From assembly GCA_035284745.1 (NCBI GenBank), contig JAYKIL010000012.1, positions 86,605 to 150,604 of the forward strand: a stretch of DNA of 64,000 nt. The letters are read 5' to 3'. A program made the translations under genes and the position numbers. Source of the stretch: Candidatus Sericytochromatia bacterium (lineage in GTDB: Bacteria > Cyanobacteriota > Sericytochromatia > S15B-MN24 > JAQBPE01). Every line of letters begins with the position of its first letter. Position 1 is the stretch's first letter. Below are positions 39,669 through 49,434 of this stretch, one piece after another. The notes below the pieces were generated by a model, which searched no databases, was not told where the DNA came from, and worked only from the letters and a program-made list of their open reading frames with translations.

Positions 39669-40505
39669 GTGAAAAATTGGCAACAGCTCTTGGGTGTGGC
39701 GTTAATAGGCTCTATGATGGCGGGTTGTAGCAACGCGCGCTTACCGGTCTCCCCGCAGCAAACACAGGCTCGAATCATCTCCCAGAGTGGGTTCCGAGCC
39801 ACCACTGGCGCGTATTATGATTCGGTTAAAAACCTGAACGGGCGGGTTCTTTTGCAATCGCTGGCTCGCTTGGTGGGCCCCCACAAGAATTTAGGGTATG
39901 ACAAGGCCCGTGACGTCATGTTTGCGGACGTCGACGACCTCGACAACAACAACATCGTGGAATGCGATTACACGAACCGCAGCATTGACCACGTCAAGGA
40001 TCGAGGCAGTGCCTTCCAAAATGGGCGGGGATTCAATACAGAGCACACTTGGCCCCAGAGCAAAGGAGCCGTTGGCGTGGCGAAAGCCGACCTGCACCAT
40101 CTGTTCCCAACAGATATTGACGCGAACTCGCGGCGCGGCTCCTTCCCCTTTGGCGAAGTGGTAGACGTAGAGTGGTCCGAAGGCGGCAGCAAACTGGGCA
40201 AAGACGCCAGAGGGCGCATGGTATTCGAGCCACGTGACGAACAGAAGGGGAATACGGCCCGCGCCTTGCTGTACTTTTACACGGTCTACAGCAATCACGT
40301 GGACACGGTCAACTTCAAGGTCGAAGAGCCGGTTCTGTTGAAATGGCACGCGAAAGATCCCGTGAATGCAGCGGATCGGGCCCGCAACGAGGCGGTTTAC
40401 CGGTTCCAAGGGAATCGCAATCCTTATGTTGATATGCCCGAATTCGTTGACCGGGTGGGCCGCTTTTTGAACCCGCCAGACATCAAATTCTTCGACTATC
40501 GCTAA
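39669..40505 (+). CDS. Extracellular endonuclease I family (EndA/NucM-like) lipoprotein
   Basis: GTG start after GGAGG. Lipobox GSMMAGCS. Endonuclease-I motifs NTEHTWPQSKG and NRNPYVD. Confidence 0.75.
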   Translation: MKNWQQLLGVALIGSMMAGCSNARLPVSPQQTQARIISQSGFRATTGAYYDSVKNLNGRVLLQSLARLVGPHKNLGYDKARDVMFADVDDLDNNNIVECDYTNRSIDHVKDRGSAFQNGRGFNTEHTWPQSKGAVGVAKADLHHLFPTDIDANSRRGSFPFGEVVDVEWSEGGSKLGKDARGRMVFEPRDEQKGNTARALLYFYTVYSNHVDTVNFKVEEPVLLKWHAKDPVNAADRARNEAVYRFQGNRNPYVDMPEFVDRVGRFLNPPDIKFFDYR

Positions 40506-40636
40506 AGGCTCGGCCTCAAACTATCAGAAAGTGGAAAAACCACCTCGCGTTTTTCCGCTTTTTCTTTTCCGCCCGTGCAAACAAAAGAGCCCCACTTGTC
40601 AGCGAGACTCTTTGATTTTTTGTTTCACTTCTTGAG

Positions 40637-40709
40637 TGGGCGCGCTGGGAATCGAACCCAGGACACGCGGATTAAAAGTCCGCTGCTCTACCAACTGAGC
40701 TACACGCCC
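40637..40709 (-). tRNA. tRNA-Lys (anticodon TTT)
   Basis: The rev-comp reads GGGCGTGTAGCTCAGTTGGTAGAGCAGCGGACTTTTAATCCGCGTGTCCTGGGTTCGATTCCCAGCGCGCCCA. Cloverleaf with anticodon loop CTTTTAA. CCA not encoded. Confidence 0.9.
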
Positions 40710-41006
40710 ATCCAGTTTGCACCAAATAAACTTCAGTACAACCCCGAGTCGCTATTCTACCCCAACCGCCGATACGGGGCAAGAACGAACAAGCCCCAAT
40801 GTTGGGAACAACCTCAAAAATATAAAAAAATTCCAAGAAGAATCTCTCCTTGCTTGATACGCTTGCCCTCACCCTTCTGCTACGGTCGTTTTGCAAGTGA
40901 ATGCTGCTTCGGCCCACCATCCAACACACCACACTCAGGGTGAGGTAACCGGCGCCGTGACCGGTCAAGCCGGGGGCGCCCGACTGTTCAACAGGAGGGA
41001 AATACC

Positions 41007-41297
41007 ATGGTTGGAAATAAGCCCGGTCCCGCAAAAGGGGATCCTCGGATGGTGGAGGCAGGTCGCCGAGGAGGACAAACCGTCAAGGAGGAGCGCGGGC
41101 GCGAGTTCTTTCAACAAATTGGACAAAAAGGCGGACAGGCCACAAAGGACAAATATGGTCCCGAATTCTTTTCACAAATAGGACGCAAAGGTGGTGAGTC
41201 CGTGAAACGCGAACGGGGAGTAGAGTTCTACTCTTCCATCGGCCGCAAGGGCGGTTCCTCTTCGCGAGCGGGCAAGGGTCGAAAGAAAACCCCCTGA
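41007..41297 (+). CDS. KGG-repeat general stress protein (YciG/Con-10-like)
   Basis: AGGAGG RBS. Repeats GGQTVKEERGREFFQQIGQKGGQ, TKDKYGPEFFSQIGRKGGE and SVKRERGVEFYSSIGRKGG are the KGG stress-induced motif. 96 aa. Confidence 0.75.
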   Translation: MVGNKPGPAKGDPRMVEAGRRGGQTVKEERGREFFQQIGQKGGQATKDKYGPEFFSQIGRKGGESVKRERGVEFYSSIGRKGGSSSRAGKGRKKTP

Positions 41298-41354
41298 CAC
41301 AGCGTCTGTGTCGCCACCCATCGATGGCTGGCGTGGAAGTCTTCGACTCGCTCG

Positions 41355-41382
41355 GACGGGCCCCCTCTCCAGGGGGCCCGTC
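41355..41382 (+). terminator. GC-rich hairpin (12-bp perfect stem) between the KGG gene and gatA; possible terminator or attenuator
   Basis: GACGGGCCCCCT-CTCC-AGGGGGCCCGTC followed by TGAGTTTG (weak T tract). A second small hairpin GACACAG-CGT-CTGTGTC (41296-41312) starts at the stop codon. Confidence 0.35.
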
Positions 41383-41486
41383 TGAGTTTGACGCAAGGGA
41401 TCACGCTGGGTACAATCCAGCGTCCGCCCGGGCCTCCCCTCACCCCGGGGCCCATTTTTTTCGGGACATCCTCTGAGCTAACGATT

Positions 41487-42965
41487 GTGACCGAACTGTA
41501 TCACCTCACTGCCCAAGAACTTGCAACAAAACTCCAGGCTCGGGAAATTTCCGCCGAAGAGGTTTGTCATTCTTTTTTACAGCAAATTGACCGGTCAGAG
41601 TCGTCGGTGAACGCCTTTATCACCGTGACACGGGAAGCAGCCTTGGTCCAGGCGCGAGAAATCGACAGACGCCGCCTTAACGATGAACGGCTGCCTGGAC
41701 TCGCAGGAGTTCCAATTGCCGTAAAGGACAACATCGTAACAAAAGATACCCGGACGACGTGCGCCTCACGGATGCTCGAAGAATGGAAGCCCGTGTACGA
41801 TGCCACCGTGGTTGGGTGTCTACAAGCCCACGACATCGTCACCCTGGGAAAGGCGAACCTTGATGAATTCGCCATGGGCTCAACCTGTGAAAACTCTGCA
41901 TTTAATCCCACGTATAACCCTTGGAACCTCTCGCGGGTTCCGGGAGGGTCTTCAGGGGGGTCCGCTGCGGCCGTGGCCGCGGGGGAAGCTCCTTGGGCCC
42001 TAGGTTCTGATACGGGAGGATCCATTCGACAACCCGCCGCTTTTTGCGGACTCGTTGGAATGAAGCCAACCTATGGTCGGGTATCCCGTTATGGACTGGT
42101 GGCTTTCGCCTCAAGTTTAGACCAAATTGGCCCATTGAGTTGGACCGTTACAGACAATGCGCTGCTGCTCAATGTGATTGCTGGTGCAGATCCACGGGAC
42201 AGCACTTCGACCTCTTCACAGACACCCGACTTTACCGCCGATATCCAGACAGGGATCCGGGGTTTGCGGATCGGCATCATTCAAGAATTAATGGGGGAAG
42301 GTATCGATTCAGAGGTGAGAGGCGCTGTTGAAGGAGCGGTCAAGCAACTGGAGGCACTGGGTGCGAAGACAGTTCCCGTGAACCTTCCGAGAACCGCCGT
42401 GGCTGTGCCGACCTATTATGTGATTGCCGCCGCGGAGGCCAGTTCCAACCTGGCGCGTTTCGATGGGGTTCGTTACGGATCTGCCGCTCCCCAACCTAAG
42501 GATCTCATCGATCTGTACACCCGTACCCGCGCACTTTTCGGCAACGAAGTAAAACGCAGAATTATGCTCGGCACCTATACATTGGCCGCAGGATACTATG
42601 ATGCCTACTATAAAAAGGCACAGAATGTGCGACAGCTCATCGGAAGCGACTTTGCGCGCGCTTGGGAAAGCTGTGACATCCTACTCTCTCCGACAGTTCC
42701 CACCACCGCATTTCGAGTGGGCGAGATGATGACAGATCCTTTGGCGATGTACCTCGCAGACATCGCGACGGTCCCCGTCAATTTAGCGGGTCTCCCTGCA
42801 GTGTCTCTTCCGTGTGGTCAGGACAGCGACGGGATGCCCATTGGACTACAGTTAATTGGTCAACGCCTGGATGAAATGACCCTATACCGTGCCGCCTACG
42901 CCTACGAGCAAGCCACAGAACATCATCGACGTCGGCCTGCCGAGTACTTTTCACCCGGAGACTGA
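41487..42965 (+). CDS. gatA: Asp-tRNA(Asn)/Glu-tRNA(Gln) amidotransferase subunit A (amidase signature)
   Basis: GTG start chosen at 41487 (TELYHLTAQELATKLQAREISAEEV matches the GatA N-terminus). The in-frame ATG at 41388 would add 33 aa. Amidase signature GGSSGGSAAAVAAG and the catalytic Ser-cisSer-Lys region. Confidence 0.85.
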   Translation: MTELYHLTAQELATKLQAREISAEEVCHSFLQQIDRSESSVNAFITVTREAALVQAREIDRRRLNDERLPGLAGVPIAVKDNIVTKDTRTTCASRMLEEWKPVYDATVVGCLQAHDIVTLGKANLDEFAMGSTCENSAFNPTYNPWNLSRVPGGSSGGSAAAVAAGEAPWALGSDTGGSIRQPAAFCGLVGMKPTYGRVSRYGLVAFASSLDQIGPLSWTVTDNALLLNVIAGADPRDSTSTSSQTPDFTADIQTGIRGLRIGIIQELMGEGIDSEVRGAVEGAVKQLEALGAKTVPVNLPRTAVAVPTYYVIAAAEASSNLARFDGVRYGSAAPQPKDLIDLYTRTRALFGNEVKRRIMLGTYTLAAGYYDAYYKKAQNVRQLIGSDFARAWESCDILLSPTVPTTAFRVGEMMTDPLAMYLADIATVPVNLAGLPAVSLPCGQDSDGMPIGLQLIGQRLDEMTLYRAAYAYEQATEHHRRRPAEYFSPGD

Positions 42966-42974
42966 GGAACGGTC

Positions 42975-44444
42975 ATGTCTAGCAAATTTGAAGCAGTCAT
43001 TGGACTTGAAGTCCATGCTGAGTTGCTCACGGAAACGAAAATTTTTTGCCCCTGCAAGGCTGAGTTTGGTGCCAGTCCAAACAAGAACGTCTGCCCCGTC
43101 TGTGCGGGAATGCCAGGTGCCCTGCCCGTTCTGAATGAGAAAGTCGTTGAATATGCTATTTTGGCGGGCTCTGCCTTGAACTGTGTCATCCCCCAAACCA
43201 GCAAATTCGACCGCAAAAACTATTTTTATCCTGACCTGCCCAAGGCGTATCAAATTTCACAATACGATGAACCCATTTGCGGCCCGGGCTGGATCGAGAT
43301 CCGAACAGGCGACCAAACCCGCAAAATTGGAATCACGCGAATTCATATGGAAGAGGACGCTGGGAAACTCGTCCACCAAGGGGCTGCCGGTCTCGCCGGT
43401 TCAACACACTCCTGGGTCGATCTTAATCGAGCCGGCATTCCACTGTTAGAAATCGTTTCTGAACCGGATCTCCGAACGCCAGAAGAAGCCAAGGCCTATA
43501 TGCAAGAATTGCGCTCTATTCTGGTCTACCTGGGGATCAACGACGGACGCCTAGAACAGGGCTCGTTGCGCTGCGATGCCAACGTCTCCATTCGGCCCCT
43601 GGGCGCTTCCACGTTGGGAACCAAAACAGAAATTAAGAACATGAATTCCTTCTCAGCGATTGAGCGGGCCGTCCGCTATGAAATTCAACGCCAAATAGAC
43701 GCTGTGGAATGTGGAGAGGCCATCGTACAAGAAACGCGGCTGTGGAATGAGGAAAAACAAATTTCCGTCAGCATGCGAATCAAAGAAGGCTCGGCGGACT
43801 ACCGATACTTTCCCGATCCGGATCTCCGGCCGCTCGAGATTGCGCCCGATCGCGTGGCAACCATTGCTGCGAGACTGCCGGAATTACCCACCGCCAAACG
43901 TGAACGCTACCAAAACACTTTCGGACTCTCATCCTATGATGCAGCGGTGCTGGTATCAGAGAAAACCACCGCGGATTTTTTCGATGCGGCCGTGGCGGCA
44001 GCGGGCAGCGTTTCTTATGCGAAGGCTATTGCCAACTGGCTCATTGGTGACATCGCCGCTTGGCTTAATTCGGAAAAACGCTCGCTGGAACAAACAAAAC
44101 TGCGGCCCCAACACCTGGCAGATTTGGTCCAGTTAATTTCACAAGAGACAATTTCCGGAAAAATTGCCAAGTCGCTCCTGCCAGACCTTTTGGACGCTGG
44201 CGAAGACCTCAAGACACTCATCGAAAAACGAGGCCTCAGCCAGATTTCCGACGACAGCGCGATCAATGCGGCCATCACTCAGATATTGGAAGCGCACCCT
44301 GCCCAAGTGGCTGAATTCCTTGCAGGCAAGACCAAAGTCGTCGGTTTTTTGGTGGGACAAGTGATGCGCGCGACCCAAGGACGTGCGAAACCCGAAAGTG
44401 TGAATCGCCTGCTGCTCGCTGCGCTGGAATCAGCGAAAGGGTAA
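42975..44444 (+). CDS. gatB: Asp-tRNA(Asn)/Glu-tRNA(Gln) amidotransferase subunit B
   Basis: N-terminus FEAVIGLEVHAEL, zinc site CPVCAGMPGALP, and C-terminal YqeY-like domain. 9 nt after the gatA stop. Confidence 0.9.
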   Translation: MSSKFEAVIGLEVHAELLTETKIFCPCKAEFGASPNKNVCPVCAGMPGALPVLNEKVVEYAILAGSALNCVIPQTSKFDRKNYFYPDLPKAYQISQYDEPICGPGWIEIRTGDQTRKIGITRIHMEEDAGKLVHQGAAGLAGSTHSWVDLNRAGIPLLEIVSEPDLRTPEEAKAYMQELRSILVYLGINDGRLEQGSLRCDANVSIRPLGASTLGTKTEIKNMNSFSAIERAVRYEIQRQIDAVECGEAIVQETRLWNEEKQISVSMRIKEGSADYRYFPDPDLRPLEIAPDRVATIAARLPELPTAKRERYQNTFGLSSYDAAVLVSEKTTADFFDAAVAAAGSVSYAKAIANWLIGDIAAWLNSEKRSLEQTKLRPQHLADLVQLISQETISGKIAKSLLPDLLDAGEDLKTLIEKRGLSQISDDSAINAAITQILEAHPAQVAEFLAGKTKVVGFLVGQVMRATQGRAKPESVNRLLLAALESAKG

Positions 44445-44593
44445 CTGCGCGCTTCGTTCCGCACTGAGATTAAGCCGGGTTTAAAAAAAGCCGTTAATTG
44501 TGCTATAATCAGCAAGGAAGCTTGTTGATTTTACTATCACTCGTGTGCGTCGGTACTCAACACCCCACTGCATTGTCGAAAGTCACCTGCCTG

Positions 44594-45979
44594 ATGAGAC
44601 TCTCTAGAGCTGCCCGTTTCGTACGAACTCAAGTCGCAATACCGATTGGAATGATGTTAGCACTCGGTGCGTGTGTTTTCGCTTCTCAGAGCGTCGCGCC
44701 GCTTCAAGTGGCCCTTCTGTTTCCTGTCATTTATGGTTTGGTCGTGTTTTCCTACGGCGTCATTTCGTACGGTCGCGTTGACCCCGCCGTGGGCGCGAAC
44801 ACTTTGGCCGATGGCGACCTCCCATTTGTTAGCATCTTGATCCCCGCGCACAATGAAGAGTCCGTCATTGGGAATACCCTTCAACACGTCCTCCGTTTGA
44901 ATTACCCAAATTTCGAAGTGATCGTCATTGACGATCATAGCTCGGACAGGACCTCGGAAGTCGTCAGGCAATTCACTGCTGTGAAGCTGATTCAACGCAG
45001 AAACCTGCCGAACCGGGGCAAATCGGAAGCACTCAACACGGGTTTAGAATTTGCACAAGGTGACATCTTGTGCGTTTTTGATGCCGACAGTGAAATGTCT
45101 CCCAATTTTCTGCGGGAAGCCGTCCACCCGCTTGTGGTGGACGAAAAAATTGCAGGAACTCAAGCCCAGGTTCGCATTTACAACCGCCGAGAGAACATTT
45201 TGACGGCTTCTCAGGATGCGGAATTTGGGTTGTACAACGAGATTGTTCAAATAGCGCGTACGCGCTGGTCGCTTGGCACAGCGCTTGGCGGCAACGGTCA
45301 ACTCACACGACGCTCCGCCATGGAAGAAGTGGGGGGATGGAATCCAGGCTCGCTGACGGAGGACCTTGACCTGACCGTGCGCTTGTGGCTCGCAGGCCAA
45401 GGACGCATCTACCACGTCACTCAAGCCGTCGTGTGGCAAGAGGGAGTCACCACGCTTCCCGGTTTGATCCGGCAACGGCAACGTTGGGCAGAGGGGATGT
45501 TACGCACCTATGCCGACTTTTCCCTCCGGCTTTTGACGCGGGAGGACCTGCCCTTGAAGCTTCGCCTGGACGGTTATTACGCACTCTTTTCGGCTTTCTT
45601 GCCTTTCCTGACTCTGGTCAGCCTTGTGATCCAAGGGGCGGCATTGATCCCGGGGGTCATCACAAATGCATTGCCACAACCCTTTGGCAACGTCTTGTCC
45701 TACTCGATTCTGACCTGCGCAGTCGTCTGGTCCATCACCATTTCCTGGCGACGGGACCGGAAAATTGACCCCCTGCCTGGGTTAATCTATCTGGTTTATC
45801 TGTTTCATTGGGTCCCCTCGCTGATCGTTGCTTTGAGAAACGTGTTTGGCGATCGTGTGGTCGTCTGGGCCAAAACGGAGCATCGGGGTCATTCCGCGCT
45901 GGCGAGCCTGCCCGTAGAGACAACGGCAGTGTCCCCGCTGACCGCTCAACCTGTTGGGGTGGGAAGCGACGGCCGCTAG
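44594..45979 (+). CDS. Family-2 glycosyltransferase, processive (cellulose/PNAG-synthase-like), integral membrane
   Basis: Motifs VSILIPAHNEE, VIVIDDHSSD, DILCVFDADS, TEDLDLT and QRQRWAEG (the QxxRW processive signature). TM helices at both ends. Start set at ATG 44594, uncertain. Confidence 0.7.
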   Translation: MRLSRAARFVRTQVAIPIGMMLALGACVFASQSVAPLQVALLFPVIYGLVVFSYGVISYGRVDPAVGANTLADGDLPFVSILIPAHNEESVIGNTLQHVLRLNYPNFEVIVIDDHSSDRTSEVVRQFTAVKLIQRRNLPNRGKSEALNTGLEFAQGDILCVFDADSEMSPNFLREAVHPLVVDEKIAGTQAQVRIYNRRENILTASQDAEFGLYNEIVQIARTRWSLGTALGGNGQLTRRSAMEEVGGWNPGSLTEDLDLTVRLWLAGQGRIYHVTQAVVWQEGVTTLPGLIRQRQRWAEGMLRTYADFSLRLLTREDLPLKLRLDGYYALFSAFLPFLTLVSLVIQGAALIPGVITNALPQPFGNVLSYSILTCAVVWSITISWRRDRKIDPLPGLIYLVYLFHWVPSLIVALRNVFGDRVVVWAKTEHRGHSALASLPVETTAVSPLTAQPVGVGSDGR

Positions 45980-45996
45980 CGCGTCGAAGCTCCGAG

Positions 45997-47202
45997 CTAC
46001 GAGCCTTCTAGTTTCAAGTGCCGGGTGCGAGGGTCCCAACGGGCCGCCAACTCCCCTCGCATAATGCCGAGCAGCGTTTGCCCCACCAGTTCACCCCGCC
46101 AGCCGTTTAACAAGGCGCTGTCACCGCTTGCGCCCCGGCGCTGTGACTCGACCAGCCGTTGCAACTCCGCGACGGTTCCAACCAGCGTCGCGGAGACCAT
46201 TTTCTCCGCGGCCAAAACATGCAAAACAGCGTTCAACAGAGACGCCAGGCTCGCTTCCGCTTCATCCAAATGCGGGCCGGGCGAATCTGGAACGGGGCAG
46301 GCATCGGGCGGGAGAGACTTACCCCGCTTCACAGCCTGGAGCATCGCCTCTGCATGCCGCTCAATGTCTCGGGGTTGCAACCCGCGAATCGCACGCAGTT
46401 GATGAGGGGCGTTTGGAGCACGCCGCGCAAGCTCCACAAGATAATCATCTCGCAAAACAGACCCACGAGGTCGATTGCGACGTTTGGCCTCGGTTTCCCG
46501 CCAAATGGTCAGTTCGCGCAATACCGCCAAACCCCGGCGGTCCAGGCTGCTCCATCCCTTCACCCGCAAGTAAAGTGTTTGGTGATCCGCGCGAGCGGCC
46601 AAGGTTCGCTCAACGTGAGCCCGCAGTCGCTCACACTCTTCAATGGCCCAGGTCTCGCGACCGAGAAGCTCCAATTCGCGTTTTTCGGACTCGTAGAGCG
46701 GTATCAGGTACCTCACATCCTCCAAGGCATAATTTAACTGCTCTGGCGTGAGTGGACGCTGCGACCAGTCGGTGAGAGTTTCTCCCTTGGTGGGCTTGTG
46801 CCCCAGCATGTTTTCAACCACCGCTTGATAACCCAAACGGCCGGAATAACCAAACAGCCCCGTCACCAATTGCGTATCCCAGATCGGCCCCGGAACAACC
46901 CCTGTCAGCAAATTCAACATCTCCAGGTCTTGATCCGCCGCGTGCAAAACCTTGAGAATGCGTGAATCCGTCAGAAGCCGCACAAAAGGGTCGCCTTCGA
47001 ATCGGCCGATCGTCCGATAATCGATGGCCGCGACGGTTCCATCCGGCGCTGCGACCTGAACCAGTTCGAGGCTTGGCACGTAGCTCTGTTCACGGATAAA
47101 CTCGGTATCCACCGCCAGAACGTGATATCCAGCCAGCTTCTCACACAAGGTGGCTAAGTCTTGGGGGTTGTCGATGAAGCTCAGATCAGCCTCGCGAGCC
47201 AT
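45997..47202 (-). CDS. rnd: Ribonuclease D (DEDDy 3'-5' exonuclease plus HRDC domain)
   Basis: ATG at 47202 sits 6 nt after GGAGGAG. Exonuclease motifs LAVDTEF, HAADQDLEML and YALEDVRYL. C-terminal HRDC. Confidence 0.8.
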   Translation of the reverse strand: MAREADLSFIDNPQDLATLCEKLAGYHVLAVDTEFIREQSYVPSLELVQVAAPDGTVAAIDYRTIGRFEGDPFVRLLTDSRILKVLHAADQDLEMLNLLTGVVPGPIWDTQLVTGLFGYSGRLGYQAVVENMLGHKPTKGETLTDWSQRPLTPEQLNYALEDVRYLIPLYESEKRELELLGRETWAIEECERLRAHVERTLAARADHQTLYLRVKGWSSLDRRGLAVLRELTIWRETEAKRRNRPRGSVLRDDYLVELARRAPNAPHQLRAIRGLQPRDIERHAEAMLQAVKRGKSLPPDACPVPDSPGPHLDEAEASLASLLNAVLHVLAAEKMVSATLVGTVAELQRLVESQRRGASGDSALLNGWRGELVGQTLLGIMRGELAARWDPRTRHLKLEGS

Positions 47203-47290
47203 TAAAGGTCTCCTCCCTGCCGGCCCCCATAATACCAGCGGCCGCATTGAAATGGTAGGCTGAGGGTAACGAGTTGCGAGGTTGCACCCT

Positions 47291-48985
47291 ATGATTCCAG
47301 TTGTCACGCTTGCCCCCCCCCAACCTTGGAGTGCGGAGGAGCTGAAGGCCCGTTACCACACTCTCAAAGAGGATCTGCCCCATCCCGATGCCCCCGCGGA
47401 CGAGTGGGAGGCATGGTATTGGCGTTGGAACGAGATGCGAGCAAGCATCCAAGGAGAAATGGCGCGACGCTATTTTCGCGAGTGCCAGGACACCCAAGAT
47501 ACACATGCCACTGCGGCGTGGCGTGAAATGTGCGAACACTTCAGTCCCATTGCCCAAGAAGAAGATGGCATCTTGCGTAAGGCATTTCTAAATGCTCACG
47601 CACGCGCGGAATTACAGGGCCGAATGGGCCAGCAACTCTTTCTTCTGCTGGGACTTGAGGATGCCAGTTTTGCCGTTGAGAATGTCGCCTTGCAGGTTGA
47701 AGAAAGCGACCTTGTCAGCCAATACGACCATTTGATGGGTGGTGCCAGGATCCAACTGACGGATGAAACCCTGACCCTTTCACGGGCTCAGGCAGAATTA
47801 ACCTCACCGTTCAGCGAGCGCCGCAGGGCCGTATGGGATGCAATGGGGGATTGGTTTGAAGGGCAGGCTGAGCAAATACACGCCATTTTGGACCGACTCA
47901 TTCGCTTACGCCAGAAGCAGGCGAGCAATCTGGGAGAGCACAATTTTATTCCGGTGGGTTACCGGCGCATGGGGCGAACCGAATATGGTCCGACGGAGGT
48001 CCAGCGGTTCCGCGACGCGATTTTACAACACATCGTTCCCCTCAGCGCCCGATTGAGAGCCAAACAAGCACGCGATCTCGGCCACGCGACGGGTTTGCTA
48101 CCCGGCTGCGATATGACCTTCTACCCAGGGGGGACCATCGGACCGCAAGCAGTCCCCGTTCAGGAGCAAACTGCACGAGCAGGCCAGGTTTTCGAGCGGC
48201 TTCATCCTCGCTTTGCAGCCCATTGGCGTCAAATGTTAAAAGATGGCTTGATAGACCTTGAAAATCGCCCAGGAAAGAAACCGGGTGCTTTTGCGATGTC
48301 ACTCGATGATGAACAGCGGGTCGCTATCTTCTGCAACAGCACAGGGGCAGAAAGTGATATCTCTACACTCCACCACGAGATGGGCCATGCCGTTCAGGCA
48401 TGGGAAAGTATGTGGATCAAGCCCCTTGAGCTGCGTACACCGACGATGGACGCGGCGGAAATTCATAGTTTTGGAATGGAATATTTGGCACTGGATGAGG
48501 TGGAAGCTTATTTCAGTCCGGGCGATGCGGCCAAATTCAAAAACCTGCGCCTGATGACAACCTTGGCTCGTTTACCGTATATGGCGTGCGTTGACGCTTT
48601 TCAGCACTTCTTGTACGAAAAGCCCGACGCAACCCCGGCAGAACGAGAGGCTCACTGGGAGGCACTCTGGAACGCCTTTATGCCGGGGCTGGAGATGTCC
48701 GACTGCCCGCGGCAACGTCAATTCCGCTGGATGCGCCAGAGCCATATTTTTGCAACCCCCTTTTATTACATTGACTATGCGTTGGCGGAAGTCGCCGCGC
48801 TGCAACTTTGGCAAAGAGCGAAGGACGACCGCCCGGGTGCCACGCAGGCGTACATGGAAATGTGCCGTGTTGGAGGCTCGGTCTCGTTGCTCGGTGTCCT
48901 CAAGGCAGGCGGCTTGAGCAGTCCGTTCGAAACGGAAGTGTTGGGGCCGATCGTAAGACAACTTGCAGAAGAATTAAAGTTGTAA
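47291..48985 (+). CDS. M3-family oligoendopeptidase (PepF-like)
   Basis: Zinc motif LHHEMGHAVQ with downstream E. Length and overall pattern fit M3B. Confidence 0.8.
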   Translation: MIPVVTLAPPQPWSAEELKARYHTLKEDLPHPDAPADEWEAWYWRWNEMRASIQGEMARRYFRECQDTQDTHATAAWREMCEHFSPIAQEEDGILRKAFLNAHARAELQGRMGQQLFLLLGLEDASFAVENVALQVEESDLVSQYDHLMGGARIQLTDETLTLSRAQAELTSPFSERRRAVWDAMGDWFEGQAEQIHAILDRLIRLRQKQASNLGEHNFIPVGYRRMGRTEYGPTEVQRFRDAILQHIVPLSARLRAKQARDLGHATGLLPGCDMTFYPGGTIGPQAVPVQEQTARAGQVFERLHPRFAAHWRQMLKDGLIDLENRPGKKPGAFAMSLDDEQRVAIFCNSTGAESDISTLHHEMGHAVQAWESMWIKPLELRTPTMDAAEIHSFGMEYLALDEVEAYFSPGDAAKFKNLRLMTTLARLPYMACVDAFQHFLYEKPDATPAEREAHWEALWNAFMPGLEMSDCPRQRQFRWMRQSHIFATPFYYIDYALAEVAALQLWQRAKDDRPGATQAYMEMCRVGGSVSLLGVLKAGGLSSPFETEVLGPIVRQLAEELKL

Positions 48986-48995
48986 GGGTTTCTAA

Positions 48996-49427
48996 ATGTC
49001 ATTGCCCGGGCTCACCCTGTCACAATGGTCCCTGCTCGCATTCGGAGGCATGATCGGCACTTGGGCGCGCGTCACGCTGGGAACAACCGTGGCGTCTCGG
49101 CTCGCTCAAAGTGGTCTGGCCGCAGACCTGGGCGCCCCCTTGGGCACCTTGGGGGTCAATTTCTTGGGCGCATTGATCATCGGGTGGGTGGCGGCCATCG
49201 CGGCATGCCGCGATACGTGGGTGACTCCAGATCTTCGCCTGTTACTCGCAGTGGGCTTTTGCGGGGCCTTCACGACCTTTTCAAGCTTTGGACTCGAAAC
49301 AGTCACCCTTCTCCACAACGGGCGATGGTTCCAGGCGACAGCCTACGTGGCCGTCACGAACTCACTGGTTTTGCTCGCAACAGCCACAGGGTTTTGGCTC
49401 GGGCGCCTTGGGCACGCCACCCCGTGA
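48996..49427 (+). CDS. crcB: Fluoride ion channel CrcB/FluC
   Basis: Four TM helices. Signature FCGAFTTFSSF and the N-terminal LLAFGGMIGTWAR. It starts 11 nt after the pepF stop. Confidence 0.8.
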   Translation: MSLPGLTLSQWSLLAFGGMIGTWARVTLGTTVASRLAQSGLAADLGAPLGTLGVNFLGALIIGWVAAIAACRDTWVTPDLRLLLAVGFCGAFTTFSSFGLETVTLLHNGRWFQATAYVAVTNSLVLLATATGFWLGRLGHATP

Positions 49428-49434
49428 GGGGTGC

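Noticed and set aside
41388-41486. 33-aa N-terminal extension of gatA from the ATG at 41388
   Set aside because: The GatA N-terminus (TELYHLTAQEL...) aligns with the start of canonical GatA proteins. The extension (MTQGITLGTIQRPPGPPLTPGPIFFGTSSE) is Pro/Gly-rich and overlaps the upstream hairpin, so the GTG at 41487 was preferred, though not with certainty.
48986-48995. Expected fluoride riboswitch upstream of crcB
   Set aside because: Only 10 nt of intergenic space. No crcB-motif-like sequence was recognisable by eye. Left as a finding to check with Infernal rather than annotated.
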